DNA of 38,392 bases from Chiloscyllium plagiosum (taxonomy: Eukaryota): the NCBI RefSeq assembly GCF_004010195.1, contig NC_057757.1, positions 1,138,405 through 1,176,796 of the forward strand, given 5' to 3'. Below, piece by piece: positions 24,893 through 36,084 of this stretch. The translations under genes were made by a program, and so were the position numbers. The notes beneath the pieces were generated by a model. The model worked only from the letters and a program-made list of their open reading frames with translations. It searched no databases and had not been told where the DNA came from. Positions within the stretch are counted from its first letter, which is position 1; the number at the start of each line of letters is the position of its first letter.

Positions 24893-25740
24893 AGTCATAC
24901 AACATGGAAACTGACCCTTTGGTACAACTAATCCATGTCGACTGTGTTCCCAAATCAAACAAATATCACTTGCCTGTGTTTGACCCATATTCCTCCAAAC
25001 CTTTCCTCTTCATGGACTCATCCAAATGCCTTTAAATGTTGTAACTGCACCTGTATACACCACTTCGTTTGACAGTTCATTCTGCATACAAACCCCAGAG
25101 TGTTAAAAAAAATGTCCTTCATTTTAAAAAGATCTTTCTGCTCTCATTAAAAAGATTCCCCCTAGTTTTGAGCTCCCCACCCTGGGGAAAAGATCCTTGC
25201 TATTCACCTCATCCATGTCCCTCAGGATTTTGTGTCCCTTCAACCTCTTGTGTACCAGTGGAAAATGTGCCAATCTAATTTTATAACCTAAGCCTTCCAT
25301 TCCTGGCAACATCCTGGTCAATATTTTCTGAACTCTCTTTAATTTAATAATATCATTCCTATAGCAGAGTGAGCACAACTGTTTGCAGTTCTCCAGAAGA
25401 GGCCTCACCAATGTCCTGTACAACCCCAACATGATGTCCCAATTCCTACACTCAAAAGTCTGAGCAATGAAGGCAAGCGAGCTAAAGGCCTTCTTAACCC
25501 CTATCTACATATGACATACATTTCAAAGATTTATGTATCTGAACCCCTAGGTCTCTCTGTTTCACAACATTACCCAGGGCCTTAACATTAATTGTAAGAA
25601 TCGTGCCCTCGTTTGTTTTACCAAAATGTGATCCCTTGCATTTTTCCAAATTAAACTCCATTTGCCACTCCTCAGTCCATTGACCCAATTGATCAAGATC
25701 TCTTTGTAAGCTTAGCTAACTTTCCTCACTGTCCACTATG
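24893..25740 (-). mobile_element. CR1 LINE 3' portion
   Basis: WQMEFNLEKC, LYRTLVRPLLE, TRMLPGME. Confidence 0.88.
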
Positions 25741-26056
25741 ACTTTCATAGCATCCTAGCACTCAAATCCAAGCCTTGATCCTCAAATCTTTTTGCACACT
25801 TTCTTCCACATCTTATCCGACCAGTATACACAGAACAGGGTTGCAGTTGGGTTTTAACCCTGTCTTTGTATATTCCTGGAAGGGAAAACACAAAATAAAT
25901 ATCTGAAAGAGATGGCTTCCTCCTGGGAAGGGTGTGTGTGGGGGTGGGGGTGGGGGGGAGGAAGTTGGAGAAGAACCCCTTTCTTATCTTTTCCTCTCTC
26001 TGTTTTTTGTCTCTCTCTGTTTGAGATATCAGTACAGGAGTGATATTCTATGGGTC

Positions 26057-26384
26057 AAGAGTGTGGTGCTGGTAAAGCACAGCCGGTCAGGCAGCATCCA
26101 AGGAGCAGGAGAATCGATGTTTCTGGCATAAGCCCTTCATCAGGAGGGCTTTCTTGATGAAGGGCTTATGCCCGAAACGTCGCTTCTCCTGCTTCTCGAA
26201 TGCTGCCTGACCTCTGAACATAGAACATTACAGCGCAGTACAGGCCCTTCAGCCCTCAATGTTGCACTGCCCTGTGAAACCAATCTAAAGCCCATCTAAC
26301 CTACACTATTCCATTCTCTGCTGTGCTTTTCCAGCACCACACTCTTGAGTCTCATTTCCAGCATCTGCAATCCACACTTTCTCC
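26057..26384. mobile_element. Inverted Penelope-derived double-hammerhead unit with 16-bp TSD and a nested CR1 tail (~26216-26316)
   Basis: TSD tgatattcta(t/c)gggtc at 26041-26056 and 26385-26400; minus-strand CTGATGA 26143-26137; plus-strand TTGATGA 26154-26160...GAAAC GTC 26174-26181. Confidence 0.8.
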
Positions 26385-27108
26385 TGATATTCTACGGGTC
26401 CCACACAAGACTTTGCCAAACAGCACTGAATTTACATCTGCAGGCCTTTTCTCTTTGTAGCACTCTTCTTTAAGAAACACGCACATTCTTGGAATTAAAA
26501 GATTAAAATCATTCAATAACACTGCAGGGTTTTTCTCCATTGTTATAACGCTTCACCTGCAGGATGAATAAAATTAGTTTTACTGTCACTTCATTACAAG
26601 GAGTGAAAAATAATTAAATGAATAAAAGAATAAACACACGCATACACTCATTCCCTCAGCATCGATCAACATTATCTTTTCGGTTCTAACCTGCTCTCTT
26701 TAAGAACTGGACAAAGAGTCTTGTAATCACATTCAATTTCCCAGGAGTGGGTTATTTTTGTTTGATGTAGTTGAAGAAACAACATTCAACGACACAGTTG
26801 GAGTTCTCCACAAATGTTAATGGGCTATGGACAAGATTATAGTCTCTCTGTACCCACTTTGACTTAAAACCCAAACTGTCTTGACAGCCTGTATTAAACC
26901 AAGGATTTCCTCATCAACTGTGGAGTACGGTTTCTGATGCTCATTTAGTTTTTTTGGAGAAATATCTGCTGGATCTCTCTATTCTGGATTCATCATTTTG
27001 ATACCCCGGTTTCACTTGCATCGATGGCAATTTCAAATACTCGGATAAAGTTTGGAGACAGAAGCACAAGCACATTTATTAAAATGGCCTAAAGATTTTC
27101 AAAACCAG

Positions 27109-27566
27109 GATACGTGAACATCAACTAGCCACAAAACGACATGACCCACTCTCACTAGTATCCATACATATGGATGAGGAAGGACACCACTTCGACTGGG
27201 ACAATACATCCATCCTAGGACAAGCCAAACAGAGACACATGAGAATTCCTAGAAGCATGGCATTCTAACTGGAACTCCATCAACAAACACTTTGACTTGG
27301 ATCCCATTTACCATCCCCTGAGAAGAAGAACAGGAAATGATACCATCGTAGGAATTGATGTCACCACAGGAAATGACATCACCAACCCGAGGAAACTCAA
27401 ACATATAAATAGAAAGCGGGCTACACCACCAGTGCTTCATTCAGAGGCTCACTGAAGATATTACCTAGTATGGTGATAAAACGTCTGAAAATGAACTTTC
27501 CAGCTCAGTGAACAAACCTACATCCAGAACCTCAACCTGAGCTACAAATCTTCTCAAAACTCGCTC
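27109..27566 (+). mobile_element. Penelope (Poseidon-like) 3' end: GIY-YIG C-terminus plus pLTR with hammerhead-like core; 14-bp TSD
   Basis: RIREHQLATKRHDPLSLVSIH...HHFDWDNTSILG...EFLEAWHS..SINKH; TSD attttcaaaaccag at 27095-27108 and 27567-27580; CTGAAGA 27452-27458. Confidence 0.85.
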
Positions 27567-29189
27567 ATTTTCAAAACCAGTTTGGAATTTCTAATTCTAT
27601 CCTATCTTTGAATTTTTCTTTGGTAGGTCTGTCAGCTACTGTGCTGACATTTGGGACAAACATACACAAGAATCCACAGGGAATAATGAATTATGCAACT
27701 GCAGCTCAGGACAGGACTCATCGTGACCCACTTTGTCCCAAATGGGTCACTTGGGGTCTAGTGAAACAGCTCTTTCTGAGGTTAACCATTAGGACAGCTG
27801 ACTGTATTTTCTATAAAAGGACTTCCAAGTGCTTTAAGTGTATTTCTCAAGTCTTGTACACCAGGCGATTGTCTAGATACACAACACAATTAGATAAGCC
27901 TCCCATTATGTGAATCATCAGCCTTTGAAAGGCAGTTGGTGCATTTCAGAGTCTTTTTTTGGACCATGGCATAACCCATCCAGGGTTACTAAAGTGGAGA
28001 TATAATGTGCATGGGCAATCTGTGGAACCCATCAGTATACCTTGAGTAAATCTACCTTGTAGGCTGCTTTACCAACCATGCCTATGTACTCTTCCAGATG
28101 GGGTATCAGATCAGAATTGGATCTGGTCACTGCATTGACTTTAGTAATCAGTACAGAAACATATGGAGCTGTCTGGCTTGGGAGTGAGCACAAGTTTCCG
28201 AGCTGCATCTACTGCTGCTTAGCTCTGGAAGTTTGTGCATGTAGTTAATCTCCCAAACCTGGGCCTAAGCTTTTCTGGGTCTGGCCAATAGGGATGTTGT
28301 CCTTTGGGAGGGACATTTCCCACATCCACATGACATAAAGCCAGGATAGGACAGCCTGATGAGTTGCTTCATTAAGTCTGCTCTCTGTTCTGCATATAGG
28401 TGGATGAACAAGGAGTCCAAATTTGCTTGTACTTCTGTATTGATTAGCTAGGTAGTATGGGGTTCAATGTGGCCCTTCAATTCACTGTTGTTACCCTGTC
28501 CTTCAGTTGGTGACAATGGGACAGATGGCACCCTTCCTCCTTCTGAGCAGTGGCAGATTTAGCATGTTGATATGACACAGCTATTGCCTTTCTTTCTGAC
28601 CTGGGGTCAAAGTCAGATAATTTACTTCCCAAAGCTTCTGGGCCATTCTGGATAAATCGCTGAACCAGGCCTTTAAGATTCACCCAATATTGGTGGGAAC
28701 ATTAGCACGAAGGTTCCTGGCTGAAATGTTCACGCCTTGGCATGTTTGTTTGTCTTTTGTTCCATGATGGTTTGGGAGATTTGAATGTTCTTTGGCCACT
28801 TCATAGGGTTACTTTCCAAACTCTGCTGTGTTGATTAACATGGAAACTTTCTTCTTCTGTTCAGAAAACCACTCCAGAGGTCTTTGCAGTTGGTGCTTTT
28901 AAATTGGTTCCAATGGAGTAAAACCAATGGATTAAGTTGGTGAAATCCTGATGGTGAATGAGTGAATATCCACGTCTTTATCCCACTCATGGGGTTACTC
29001 ATTGCAGTTTTATGATCTGGTGCCCCTGACAGATGGCATATTGAAGACTTCCACTAGAGTATTTTGGAAATGCAAGCTCTGATCCAACAGGAATGTTGGT
29101 GGGCAGTTGAAAACTTTCCTCACCACTGGTTTGGCAGATGTGATTCTGAGGGGAACAGCTTCCAGGGAATGGGGTGGCCACATCCATGA

Positions 29190-29491
29190 TGGTGGCACGG
29201 TGGCTCAGTGGTTAGCACTGCTGCCTCTCACCGCCAGGGACTCGCGTTCGATTCCAGCCTTGGGTGACTGTCTGTGTGGAGTTTGCATGTTCTCTGCGTG
29301 GGTTTCCTCTGGGTGCTCCAGTTTCTTCCCACAGTCCAACAACATGCAGTTTAGCTGAATTGGATATGCTGGATTGCATTAGTCAGGGATAAATATAGGT
29401 TAGGGGAATGGATTGAGGTGGGTTACTCTTCAGAGGGTTAGTGTGAACTTGTTGGGTTGAAAGACTTGTTCTCACACTGTAGGGATTCTAT
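29190..29491 (+). mobile_element. HE1-type SINE inserted in the integrase relic
   Basis: ggtggcacggtggctcagtgg A box, gttcgattcc B box, HE1 body and tail. Confidence 0.88.
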
Positions 29492-31465
29492 GGCAGTGAG
29501 GTACTGGTGGCCTCCTTGTTTTGGGCAAGGGTCCCACTTAGTCCACCAACACATTGTTGAATGTCTTCCTTTAATCTGACAGCAGGATCGTATGGGAAGC
29601 TCTTATTACAGGTTGGTATTTCCAAGCTCTGGAAAATGTTACAATATTATTATGGAGCTGTGGCCAATAAATTGCTGGCTGATTTGGGTTCACGGTTTAT
29701 GTATACCAACATACCCAGCCATTGGGATTTCATGAACATGCTGCAATATTTCCTGCTGTACCTGGACGGTACCATTAAGTGGTAGATCTCTGATCATTCC
29801 TGATTTGCAGAAATTTGAGGGGCTTTCCAGTTCCTCCCACCGATTCATTTCAATATAATACCACTCAGGGAGGCTTCTGCCTCAGCTTCAGCCTGCACAG
29901 TCAGAACTAAAATGTTTAAATTGTGGATCAACTTGTTGGTTTAATTCCTTGGGATCTTCTAGACTCAGGATAAAGGTTTCAGATATCCAAACTGGAGAGT
30001 GTTCTGTTCACAGCTGTATGTCAGCCTCCACTGGCTAACGTTGTTTGACCCCTAGACCACATGCCTGCATAGTCAGAGAAATGCGTGTCTGATGCAAGCT
30101 CCCTGACCCCCACGGTTTTCTCACTGACGAATAGGAATGCTATCCCTTTTTATCCCACCAGGTCATTGCCAAGGATCGGTCAATCGCATCCGAAGGCAAA
30201 CTGGGGATAACTCCAATGGTCACTGGCCTTGACATAAGCTCGCACTCCAGATGCACCTGCAAAGAGATTGGCATGTCTCCTTCTTCAATCCCTGTTCCTG
30301 GCATCTTTATACTTATTGCACTATCCGGTCAGAACTGCACTGAAGTTTGGCTAGACCCGATATTTCCCAATATCACACCAGGCAAGCTTACCTCACCCTA
30401 GAGAAACATGGCCATTCTCTCTTTGGATACAAAATCCTGATAACTCTCTGGAATTTGTCCTTCCTGTAATTCACACTCTCAGGAAGGCTGATACAGGGAT
30501 TCACAGCTGTAGTCAGAGCCATAACCAGGTTTGTTATGCTCCCTGACTGACTCCCATTCCTTCCACAGGGTGGGTAAGTCTTAATAAATTCCTCTTTTTT
30601 TATCCTGTAGTCTTCAGTAGCCGCCCTAGACATTGACTCTGTTAAAACATACATCTTTCTAGGTTGTCTATGAAGAGTAGATATTGTAATGTTGATAGTT
30701 AGAATAATCTATTTCTGGATTCTCAGCCTCTGTAGGTTATTTGAAGTCTGTTTTGACCTGTTTCCTTTGGCAGTGGTCACCTGGGAGCATTGAGAGAAAA
30801 GGAATCTTTTTTGTCCTGTTTCCTTTTGACCAACTTGCTAGCCAGTTGGCTTCAAGTAGTCAGTGAGTAAGATTATTTTTACCTGCAATGCAGGGGTGAT
30901 TAATTAAGTGGTTCTTCAGTGGTGACCATCATAGCGTATTAGTGCCTAAATAGGATAGAACACGTGCGCCCTCAGTTCACAAGAACGCCTCCCTTCACCG
31001 GCACATGCTCACTCCTTAATAAAGGCAGATCAAGGTTACAGTCAGTCAGTTTTTAATCCTGATTTTGTATGTCCCTAGAAGGGCAAAATACAAAATAAAG
31101 AATGGCAAAAGGTGCCTTTCTGCTAAGGTGGCAGAGATAGTCAAACCCCTGGTTAACACTTCTTGTTACATCTCTCTCTCTGTTTCGAGTTTCCCCGACA
31201 CTCCACAGGTGTGACATTCGGTGTGTCCTACACAATACTTTACCTGATAGCACTGAATTTACATTATTTTTATCGGTAGCTGTACTCTTTTAAAAACACA
31301 TTTTGGCATTAAAAATGTGAAAAATATTATAGAAATCCGGGTTTTAATCCATTGCTATCTCCTTCTTTTGCTTTGCATCTATTTTTGTATGAAGATCCTC
31401 AGGATGCGTTTTCGGGTTTAAAGTTTCTATATTAATGTAAATTGTGTACTGATTTTAAAACAAAG

Positions 31466-32188
31466 TGTGAAGGGAGTGTTGCTGAACAAAAGAGACCTTG
31501 GAGTGCAGGTTGATAGCTCCTTGAAAGTGGAGTCACAGGTAGATAGGATAGTGAAGAAGGCGTTTGGTATGCTTTCCTTTATCGGTCAGAGCATTGAGTA
31601 CAGGAGTTGGGAGGTCATGTTGCGCTGTACAGGACATTGGTTAGGCCACATTTGGAATATTCCATGCAATTTTGGCCTCCTTCCTATCTGAAGGATGTTG
31701 TGAAACTTGAAAGTGTTAAGAAAAGATTTACAAGGATGTTGCCAGGGTTGGAAGATTTGAGCTATAGGGAGAGGCTGAACAGGCTGGGGCTGTTTTCCCT
31801 GGAGCATCAGAGGCTGAGGGTTGACTTTATAGAGGTTTATAAAATCATAAGGGACATAGATAAGATAAATAGACAAGGTCTTTTCCCTGGGTTGAGGGAG
31901 TCCAGACTAGAGGGCCCAGGTTTAGGGTGAGAAGGGAAAGATATAAAAGAGACCTAAGGGGCAACTTTTTTATGCAGAGGTGGTATGTGTATGGGATGAG
32001 CTGCCAGAGGAAATGGTGGAGGCTGGTACAATTGCAACATTTAAAAGGCATCTATAAGAAGTGTTTGGAGGGATATGGGCCGGGTGCTGGCAGGTGGGAC
32101 TAGATTGGGTTGGGATATCTGGTCGGCATGGACGGGTTGGACCGAAGGGTTTGTTTCCGTGCTGTACATCCCTATGACTCTGTGACTC
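31466..32188 (+). mobile_element. CR1 LINE 3' portion
   Basis: LYRTLVRPHLEYSMQFW...RMLPGLEDLSYRERLNRLGLFSLE; (tgactc) tail. Confidence 0.92.
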
Positions 32189-32998
32189 TTAAGTTTATAA
32201 AGGATTCAGGTTACAGATTTAGAAGGTTAGGGAGTTTTTTTTCTTTTGCAATGATTAACAGTACAAAATATTATGCTCTTCAGAGAGTAATCTGGCATGG
32301 GCATGAATATAATTGGAGGAAATCTATTGCAGAATGTGTTAGGATCTGAATGGGCTAGTTCTGTGGGGTGCATTATACAATGGGATGATGTTATATAGAC
32401 TTGGATGGGGATCAGCTCTGGATCTCAAAAGAGACAGACCTACAATTGGGGCTCGTTGTGTGTAACAATGTCTATGATACCAAAGTGAAGATGATAGCAA
32501 TCCATCTACTATATCTTTCATACCCAGTTACTGAGCATCCATCATTCGATTTCATAATTGGATAAAATGGAATCGGTGGACTGAATGGCTTCTCACTCTG
32601 GATTTTCAAAATATTCCAATGATTTGCAAGACCACATCCTACATCTCACATTTTTTTGGGTGGGGGTTCACATTGGTGATTAGATCCCCACCTTTGCATT
32701 ATCCCAAAGTATATCCAATGCAGAAGGTTCACAGTTTGCTCTCACCCTATAAATATGGAACTCGCTTCTATTACACTTTATACCTTGGATCCCAGTGGCC
32801 CAATTAAGGGCACTGGCTATTGGAAATATGGACCCAACCAGTTGTGTAGGGATTCTGCAGACATGCAGATTGACATGCATGCAACACACTCGTGCCTGTA
32901 TGCAGGCATACACACTCTCACATCTTTTCAGAATGAGTGAAACCACCCAGTCCCTACTCAAAGGATTTTAAAATTGATGCACACAGAGATCTACTTAC

Positions 32999-33118
32999 GC
33001 TCATCATCTCATCGTTTTTGCAATGTCCAGACAGTTCTCGGATTCCGTTCACAAATTGCCTGGCATTAGTGCTGTATATTCGACCAGCTTCAAGCGTGGC
33101 ATTGCATATCTTCACCAG
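32999..33118 (-). CDS. ACAP1: ACAP exon 3 (BAR)
   Basis: ttgcAG|...|GTAAGT; 120 nt; LVKICNATLEAGRIYSTNARQFVNGIRELSGHCKNDEMMS; phase 0/0. Confidence 0.92.
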
Positions 33119-33429
33119 CTGCAACAAGAGGGCCACAAACTAACTACATCACATGGGAATGTTATATAGGAGCAGACCGGATCAATTTGTTTCCGTTTGG
33201 GAATGTCCAAACGATTGCTGGTGATAAGATAGCCTTTCACCAATTGCTTCAAGGGTCTGAATAGTAACAGGGAAGGGAGGCAGTGTGCATGTGGGCCTCC
33301 CTTCCCTAAGCCAGCGGAGGCATTTCTGGGCATGAGCATCAGTGATTCTTCTATTGGAAATTATTTCTTAAATCATCAGGTCTGTGCTAATAGCTGTAAT
33401 GAAAACCAGTTGAAGATCATTAATCAGCA

Positions 33430-34687
33430 GCACATTGTTCAAAATAGGTGGTCCTCTGGAATGTTGGGAAGTGGAATGTCTCCTCGTACGAGCAGATGTG
33501 ATGGAAACCGAGGAATTGGGAAAACAGATGGAGGTCTTGCAGGGTACTGTGTCGATGGAGGTCTGTTCCAGGTTGTTATGGGAGTCTGTGGGTTTAGAGT
33601 GGACATCCATCCGTATTAGCTTGCCAGAGACAGTAACGAAGAGATCATGAAAGGGGAGGGAAACGTGTGAGATTACTTTGAACAATGTGCATCCCCCTAC
33701 CCCTGAAATCTAGACAGCCCTCCACCGCATCTTCTCCATTCCCCGTTCCACTGCTCTAAACACCTCCTCCTCCAAACATAATAAAGACAGGGACCCTCTT
33801 GTCCTCACCTCCCACCCCACCAGGCTCTGCATGCAACGGATCATGCTTAAACATTTCCACCAATTCCAGCTAGATCCCATCACCAAGAACATCTTCCCCT
33901 TGCTGCCTTCTGCAAAGACTGCTCCCATTGACAGTCCTTGGTTCGCACCACTCTCCTTACCAACATCACCCCCCCACCCCCAAAACCCCAGGTACCTTCC
34001 CCTGCAACCAGAAAAGATGTAAAACCTGCTAGTAGACCATCACCCCCCTCACCTTATCCAGGGCCCCAGACAGTCCTTCCAGGTGAGACAGAGGTTCACC
34101 TGCCTCTCCTCCAACCTGATTTACTGCATCCGATGCTCCTAATGTGGTCTTCTCTATATTGCTGAGACCAAACATCAGTTAAGGGCATGTTTCACCTAGT
34201 ATCTCAGCCAAGCTCCTGTCACCAGCCATTTCAATTCCCCTTCCCACTCTCTCTCCAACATGACCATCCTTGGCTTCCTCCAGTGCCACAGCAAATCAGA
34301 CCGCAAATTGGAGGAACAACACCTCATCTTCCGCCTGGGCAGCCTACAGCCTGGAGTTCTCCAATTTCAAATAACCTCCTTTCCCATCACCCAACTCCCT
34401 TCCCAGCCCCTCCCCTCCCTTCAATTCCACTCACTCACCTTTCCTTCTAGCCACCAACCAGGTCGAACCCCCCCCTCCCTGTGTTCACCTATCATTACCT
34501 CACCACTCTGCCCCTCTCCCCACCCAAAACCCTCCCCCTCTCCCCCTCTTTATCGGCAGCTCCGTGCATCCCCACCACCCCCAGTCCTGAAGAAGGGTTA
34601 CACTTGAAACATTAACTTCTCCACTTCCTGATGCTGCCTGGCTTGCTGTGTTCTTCCAGCCTCCTGCTTGTCTGCTTTGGATTCCAG
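33430..34687 (+). mobile_element. Penelope (Neptune-like) element with inverted 5' RT segment, GIY-YIG relic and pLTR
   Basis: Minus 33430-33672: LPFHDL...DVHSKPTDSH; plus: FTCLSSNLIYCIRC..CGLLYIAETK, RKLEEQHLIFRLGSLQP; CTGAAGA..GAAAC at ~34587-34611. Confidence 0.82.
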
Positions 34688-34697
34688 GATTTGGAGG

Positions 34698-35360
34698 TGC
34701 TGGTGTTGGACTGGGATGCACAAAGTTAAAAATCACACAACACCGGGTTATAGTCCAACAGGTTTATTTGGAAGCACTAGCTTTGCTCCTTCATCAGGTG
34801 GTTGTGGAGTATAAGATCGTAAGACACAGAATTTATAGCAAGAGTTTACAGTGTGATGTAACTGAAATTGTACATTGAAAAAGACCTGGATTATTTGTTA
34901 AGTCTCTCATCTTTTAGAATGACCATGTTGGTTTCAGTTCTTTCATGTGTAAATTGCAAAACATTTTTAAAAGTTACATTCTCAAATAAACTTTAATGAT
35001 AAGTGTCATGTCAGCCCAGATAATGCATTGAAGGTGTGAAGTGCCCTGTGTAAGACTGTGCCACAATGGTCAGACTGATCTAATCTAAAAATGGGATTTA
35101 CAGAATTTTACAAGGATTCATGCAGTTTTTGAGCAAAGTAATATGTAATTCTGCAAGTACAACTTCACCCCACAAACACTGTATGTGTGCCTATGTGTGT
35201 GTGTGTGTGCAGTGAGGGTATGTGTGTCTGTGAAAGAGTGTGTGTATGTGTGAGTGTGAGTGTAAAAATCTGTGAGAAGGTGTGTGTGTGAGCATATGAG
35301 AGAGCGCTTGTAAGCTAGTGCCTCCAAATAAACCTGGTGTTGTGTGATTTTTAACTTTGG
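34698..35360 (-). mobile_element. Penelope-derived element with inverted terminal segments
   Basis: caaagttaaaaatcacacaacacc (~34720) versus ggtgttgtgtgatttttaactttg (~35336-35360); minus-strand CTGATGA at ~34791-34797 with stem II partly deleted. Confidence 0.6.
35180..35292. repeat. Imperfect (GT)n microsatellite
   Basis: Runs of tgtgtg/gagtgt. Confidence 0.85.
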
Positions 35361-35967
35361 ATTCCAGCGTCTGTGGGGGTTTTGTTTTGTCTCTAACCTG
35401 GTTTGAAGATTAAGACTGACGGGCAACTGTTTAGCTGCCTCTCCATGCTAAGGATGGTCTAACCAATCAGCATTCTCTTTTCATGTTGTATAAAATGGTG
35501 TGTCTCATTAAGTCTGCTTTTTGAATCCTGGTCCTGATGATTTCAAGATAAAAAGCTTTAATTTCTCATCACCGTTTTGCAATGATTAGCTAAATATATT
35601 GTAAAAATAAAACCTATGGGCTACGAAACCAGTTTTCATTCTGGAATTTGTCCAGTATTGGTATCAGTTGGGATCAAAATACTTCTGAAAAAGGGCTGTA
35701 GGGGTATATAATATTACCTACTATAAAACCACCATTGTCTTGGAATAGATCATCGTGAGTGGTACTGAAATGGGATTGGAACCAGGAATCCTCCTCATTG
35801 GTGTATTCCTTCCTACCAGGTAGAATGTTTATTAATTCATCAGTACTAAAAGACGGGTTCTGGTTCTCAGTTTGGATCAAAATGGAGGAAGGTTGGATTC
35901 ATACGCAAATGGAAAACCACTCCAATCTCACCTTCACCTCTCACTAATCATTGCTAATGGCACTCAC

Positions 35968-36025
35968 CTTCTCAAGTTTGACTTCAAGCTCTGTCACCTC
36001 AGTCTCTACTCCTTCAATTGAAGCT
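35968..36025 (-). CDS. ACAP1: ACAP-family ArfGAP, probable coding exon 2 (BAR domain N-terminus)
   Basis: ttccAG|A GCT TCA ... GAG AAG|GTGAGT; 58 nt; (R)ASIEGVETEVTELEVKLEK resembles ACAP1 ASIELVEAEVSELETRLEK. Confidence 0.9.
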
Positions 36026-36084
36026 CTGGAAGAGAGATTGAATTGGTTAAATACTGAACAAAGTGTTGCTTCTGAATATAAACC

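Larger units (their letters stand above)
26780..30660 (-). mobile_element. Decayed Gmr1-like Ty3/Gypsy internal region (PR-IN-RT-RH)
   Basis: In minus-strand order: protease (VTIGVIPSLP..ILGNDL, ~30150-30450); integrase (VD.VGPLPKT, MDVATPFPEAVPLR, ~28900-29790); RT (NAPTAFQRLM, VYLDN, ~27870-27950); RNase H (AIDAS, YFSKKLNEHQKPYSTVDEE, ~26900-27095). Confidence 0.75.

Noticed and set aside
25932..25960. G-run as a regulatory G-quadruplex
   Set aside because: A low-complexity expansion inside an old repeat, with no other support
29190..29265. tRNA gene (also 182-291, 21220 and 37502)
   Set aside because: The A and B boxes continue into the HE1 SINE body, so these are SINE heads rather than tRNA genes
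35534..35560. Functional hammerhead at CTGATGA 35534-35540
   Set aside because: The GAAA core is altered and helix II is not evident; counted only as a decayed candidate
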